Of a DNA stretch of 64,000 bases, positions 60,920 through 64,000 are shown piece by piece. The notes under the pieces are model-generated. The model was given only the letters and a program-made list of their open reading frames with translations, made no database searches and was not told the DNA's origin. A program made the translations under genes and the position numbers. Source of the stretch: Smithellaceae bacterium (GTDB lineage: Bacteria > Desulfobacterota > Syntrophia > Syntrophales > Smithellaceae). The DNA is taken from assembly GCA_963667845.2 (NCBI GenBank), contig CAXXVL010000002.1, positions 960,001 to 1,024,000 of the forward strand, read 5' to 3'. Position 1 is the first letter of the stretch; the number at the start of each line of letters is the position of its first letter.

Positions 60920-62554
60920 ATGGAATATCCCTGGCTTAAGCATTACGCGCAGCATGTCCCGCGAACGCTAACTTATCCCGCTACGAATATCTATCGCTTT
61001 TTAGCGGATACGGCCGAGAGACATCCGAACGATTGGGCGATGACCTTCAATGACCAAAATACGACTTATGCCGAGCTTAATGAAAAGGTCATCCGATTTG
61101 CCGGAATTCTGCACGGGCAGGGAGTCCGAAAAGGCGATCGGGTGGCTTTGATCCTCGTGAATTCTCCCACCTACGTCATTTCCTTTTTTGCCCTGATGAA
61201 GCTTGGTGCCATTGCGGCCAATATCAGCGTCGGTATCTCCGGCGAGGAATTGGCGAATTGTCTCAGTAATGCTGGTGCGAAGGCAGCCGTTACGCTGGAC
61301 CTCTTTGCCAAGAATCTTTACGGCGTCATTCAAAACACGCCGGTGAAGAGTGTTATTCTCCATTCCGTTTTCGGCCTGGAAAAAAAGATTGCTCGCGAAA
61401 ACAGTATGCCCGTGCCTCAAGTTTATGCGGATTTGATGGCCGGCGCTCAGGATATCCAGGCGATGGATATTGACGTCTTTCTGGATGATCTTGCCGTGCT
61501 TCAATACACGAGCGGTTCGACGGGCACGCCCAAAGCGGCAGCCCTGACCCATGCCAATCTGGTGGCGGCCGTTTTGCAGTCCGACGCCTGGATGGGGACT
61601 GAGAGCGCGGGTAACGCCGCCGTGCTGTGCGTCATTCCCTTCTTTCATGTGTTTGGTCTTACGGCCTGCCTGATCATTTCTGTTTTCAAGGGATACCGGA
61701 TGCTTCTCCTGCCCCGGATGGACGCCATGGATATTCTATCGCTTTCAAAGATGCTGGAAACTTACAAACCCATATCCTTCCCGGCCGTCCCCAGCCTCTG
61801 GAACGCCCTTCTGTCTCTGCCCGATGAGACGGCAGGGGAGCAGTTGTCCTCCATCCTTGTCGCCATATGCGGCGGAGCGCCAGTGCCTCAGACACTTCAT
61901 GATCGATATCAGACACTGACGGGCAAACGAATGATGGAAGCTTACGGTCTTTCCGAAGCCTCTTCGGCGACGCATATGACTCCTTATCCGGCAGGCGGAC
62001 CCGCGGGATCAATCGGTATACCGCTTCCGGACACTCAGGCGAAGATCATGGATGTAGAAACCGGACAAAGAGAATGTCCTCCCGGAGAAATAGGTGAACT
62101 GGCTGTGAAGGGTCCGCAAATCATGCGGGGTTACTGGAACAATGACGAGCTCACTGCGGCTGTCCTTTGCGACGGCTGGTTTTTTACCCGCGATCTGGCG
62201 CGCACGGACGATGACGGCTATTTCTATCTGGTGGATCGAAAGGACGACATGATCATCTCCAAGGGGTTCAATGTTTATCCCGGCCAGATCGAGGATGTTC
62301 TTAAGCAGCATCCCAAAGTCAAAGATGCGGCCGTCATCGGCGTTGACGACCGGCTGAAAGGACAGGTGATCGTCGCCGTCGTCGCCCTGAAAGAAGACGT
62401 GCAGGCGCAAAAAGAGGAACTGCTCACGTACTGCAAGGACCGTTTGCCCGACTATCGCGTGCCTAAAACCATTCTGATCCGGGCGGAGATTCCTCGCGAT
62501 CCCGCGGGGAAACTGCTGCGGCGAATATTAAGGCAGGACGTTGCGGGTGCCTGA
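60920..62554 (+). CDS. Long-chain fatty acid-CoA ligase (FadD-like)
   Basis: LQYTSGSTGTPK, PFFHVFG, EAYGLSE, VDRKDDMII. Confidence 0.9.
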   Translation: MEYPWLKHYAQHVPRTLTYPATNIYRFLADTAERHPNDWAMTFNDQNTTYAELNEKVIRFAGILHGQGVRKGDRVALILVNSPTYVISFFALMKLGAIAANISVGISGEELANCLSNAGAKAAVTLDLFAKNLYGVIQNTPVKSVILHSVFGLEKKIARENSMPVPQVYADLMAGAQDIQAMDIDVFLDDLAVLQYTSGSTGTPKAAALTHANLVAAVLQSDAWMGTESAGNAAVLCVIPFFHVFGLTACLIISVFKGYRMLLLPRMDAMDILSLSKMLETYKPISFPAVPSLWNALLSLPDETAGEQLSSILVAICGGAPVPQTLHDRYQTLTGKRMMEAYGLSEASSATHMTPYPAGGPAGSIGIPLPDTQAKIMDVETGQRECPPGEIGELAVKGPQIMRGYWNNDELTAAVLCDGWFFTRDLARTDDDGYFYLVDRKDDMIISKGFNVYPGQIEDVLKQHPKVKDAAVIGVDDRLKGQVIVAVVALKEDVQAQKEELLTYCKDRLPDYRVPKTILIRAEIPRDPAGKLLRRILRQDVAGA

Positions 62555-62632
62555 AGCCCGTTTTTCCTGATTGACACCGGGGTCCTTTCGGTATTACTTA
62601 ATGCGAACAATTCATTTCAAGGAGCGCGTTCC

Positions 62633-63610
62633 ATGATTATCGTAACGGGCGGCGCTGGGTTTATCGGCAGCGCCTTTGTAAGAAAACTTAATGCCGAGGG
62701 CATGAGCGACGTCATCATTGTCGACCGGCTGGGGTCTTCCGACAAATGGAAGAATCTGGTGAACCTGAAGTTTACCGACTATATGCACAAGGATGATTTC
62801 TACCGCATGATCCGCGACAACACTGTTGGGTTTGATGTGAGCGCTGTCATTCACATGGGCGCGTGTTCATCGACGACTGAGCGGGACGCAGACTATCTGT
62901 GGAACAACAATTTTGTTTACACGCGGACACTCGCCGAATGGGCGCTTGGGCGCGGCATCCGGTTTATTTATGCGAGTTCGGCGGCGACCTACGGTGATGG
63001 TTCGCAGGGATTCTCCGATGATCATGCCCGGATCGAAACACTCAAGCCGATCAATATGTACGGCTACTCCAAGCAGCTGTTCGATTTATGGGTTTTGCGG
63101 CAGAAACTGGAAAGCCAGGTAGCCGGCGTCAAATTCTTCAATGTCTTCGGTCCGAATGAATACCACAAGGGTGATATGACCAGTATCATCTTCAAAGCCT
63201 TTCACCAAATCCGGCAGACCGGCCGGGTCAAATTATTCAAGTCCTACCTGCCGCAATACCCGGACGGCGGACAGATGCGCGATTTCATTTATGTGAAGGA
63301 TTGTGTGAATGTCCTGTGGTGGTTTCTGCAGAATCCCTCGGCGAACGGCATCTTCAATCTGGGAACGGGAAAGGCCCGGACCTGGAATGATTTGATCCGC
63401 GCGGTTTTCACAGCAATGGCGCTTGACCCGGACATTGCCTACATTGAAATGCCGGAAGAGTTGCGCCATCAGTATCAGTACTTTACCCAGGCGGAAATGG
63501 ATAAACTCCGCGCTCTAGGTTCCCCCGTGGATTTTTCGCCTCTGGAAGATTCCGTGCGGGACTACGTGGTGAATTACCTGCAGAAACCCGATCCTCACCT
63601 GGAGAAGTAG
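62633..63610 (+). CDS. hldD: ADP-L-glycero-D-manno-heptose 6-epimerase
   Basis: IIVTGGAGFIGS, YASSAATYG, YGYSK, FNVFGPNEYHKG, YQYFTQA. Confidence 0.95.
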   Translation: MIIVTGGAGFIGSAFVRKLNAEGMSDVIIVDRLGSSDKWKNLVNLKFTDYMHKDDFYRMIRDNTVGFDVSAVIHMGACSSTTERDADYLWNNNFVYTRTLAEWALGRGIRFIYASSAATYGDGSQGFSDDHARIETLKPINMYGYSKQLFDLWVLRQKLESQVAGVKFFNVFGPNEYHKGDMTSIIFKAFHQIRQTGRVKLFKSYLPQYPDGGQMRDFIYVKDCVNVLWWFLQNPSANGIFNLGTGKARTWNDLIRAVFTAMALDPDIAYIEMPEELRHQYQYFTQAEMDKLRALGSPVDFSPLEDSVRDYVVNYLQKPDPHLEK

Positions 63611-63612
63611 TC

Positions 63613-64000
63613 ATGAAAAGAAATATTGTCTGCATCATTCCGTCCCGGTATGAATCCAGCCGATTTCCGGGAAAACCGCTCGCCGATTTGTGCGGAAAGC
63701 CGATGATTCAGCACGTTTACGAACGCGTGGCCCGGGCCGGGGCTGTTCCCTATGTCGCCGTAGCCACCGATGATCAGCGCATCTATGATGCTGTAAGGAA
63801 ATTCGGCGGCAATGCCGTGATGACAGCGGCGACGCACCGGTCGGGTACGGACAGAATATCGGAAGCCGTCTCGTCCCTCCATCTTCCCGCAGAAGCCATC
63901 GTTGTCAACATTCAGGGCGATCAGCCGATTTTTGAGCCGGTGCAGGTCGATGAAGTGATCGCTCCGCTTGTCGCGGACCCGGACATTCCGATGTCGACGC
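63613..64000 (+). CDS. kdsB: 3-deoxy-manno-octulosonate cytidylyltransferase (partial, runs off the window)
   Basis: Manual translation: MKRNIVCIIPSRYESSRFPGKPLADLCGKPMIQHVYER...SGTDR...VNIQGDQP. Confidence 0.93.
   Translation, partial: MKRNIVCIIPSRYESSRFPGKPLADLCGKPMIQHVYERVARAGAVPYVAVATDDQRIYDAVRKFGGNAVMTAATHRSGTDRISEAVSSLHLPAEAIVVNIQGDQPIFEPVQVDEVIAPLVADPDIPMST

Overview
Chromosomal window from an anaerobic Gram-negative bacterium (kdsB, hldD, OprM-type efflux, selA, several acyl-CoA ligases). A Desulfobacterota/Syntrophia-like host is my inference. The first ~24 kb is a co-oriented cluster: YeiH-family exporter, reductive dsrAB-D-N-C, an extra dsrMK, dsrMKJOP, then ackA overlapping dsrP, sulfoacetaldehyde acetyltransferase (xsc), an SDR, a second ThDP enzyme, an MFS transporter, a Zn-dehydrogenase, a small hypothetical protein and a TetR regulator, ending at the 3' end of tRNA-Leu(CAG). 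It reads as an organosulfonate-respiration module with an apparently non-canonical route to sulfoacetaldehyde: no sat/apr/qmo, tpa, islAB, pta or comDE lies in the window, and DsrAB lacks deltaproteobacterial indels. The rest holds ribF-asd, a binding protein plus MCP, acyl-CoA ligases, an ABCG-like exporter with a secreted partner, an AT-rich cytidylyltransferase plus an 839-aa orphan, an RND pump, def-gcvTH-PA-PB-lipA, a HemN-like gene, selA, rluD-pgeF, an ADP-forming acyl-CoA synthetase, hldD and partial kdsB. Several short palindromic or REP-like repeats lie between genes. All calls come from motif recognition by eye; no database search was run.
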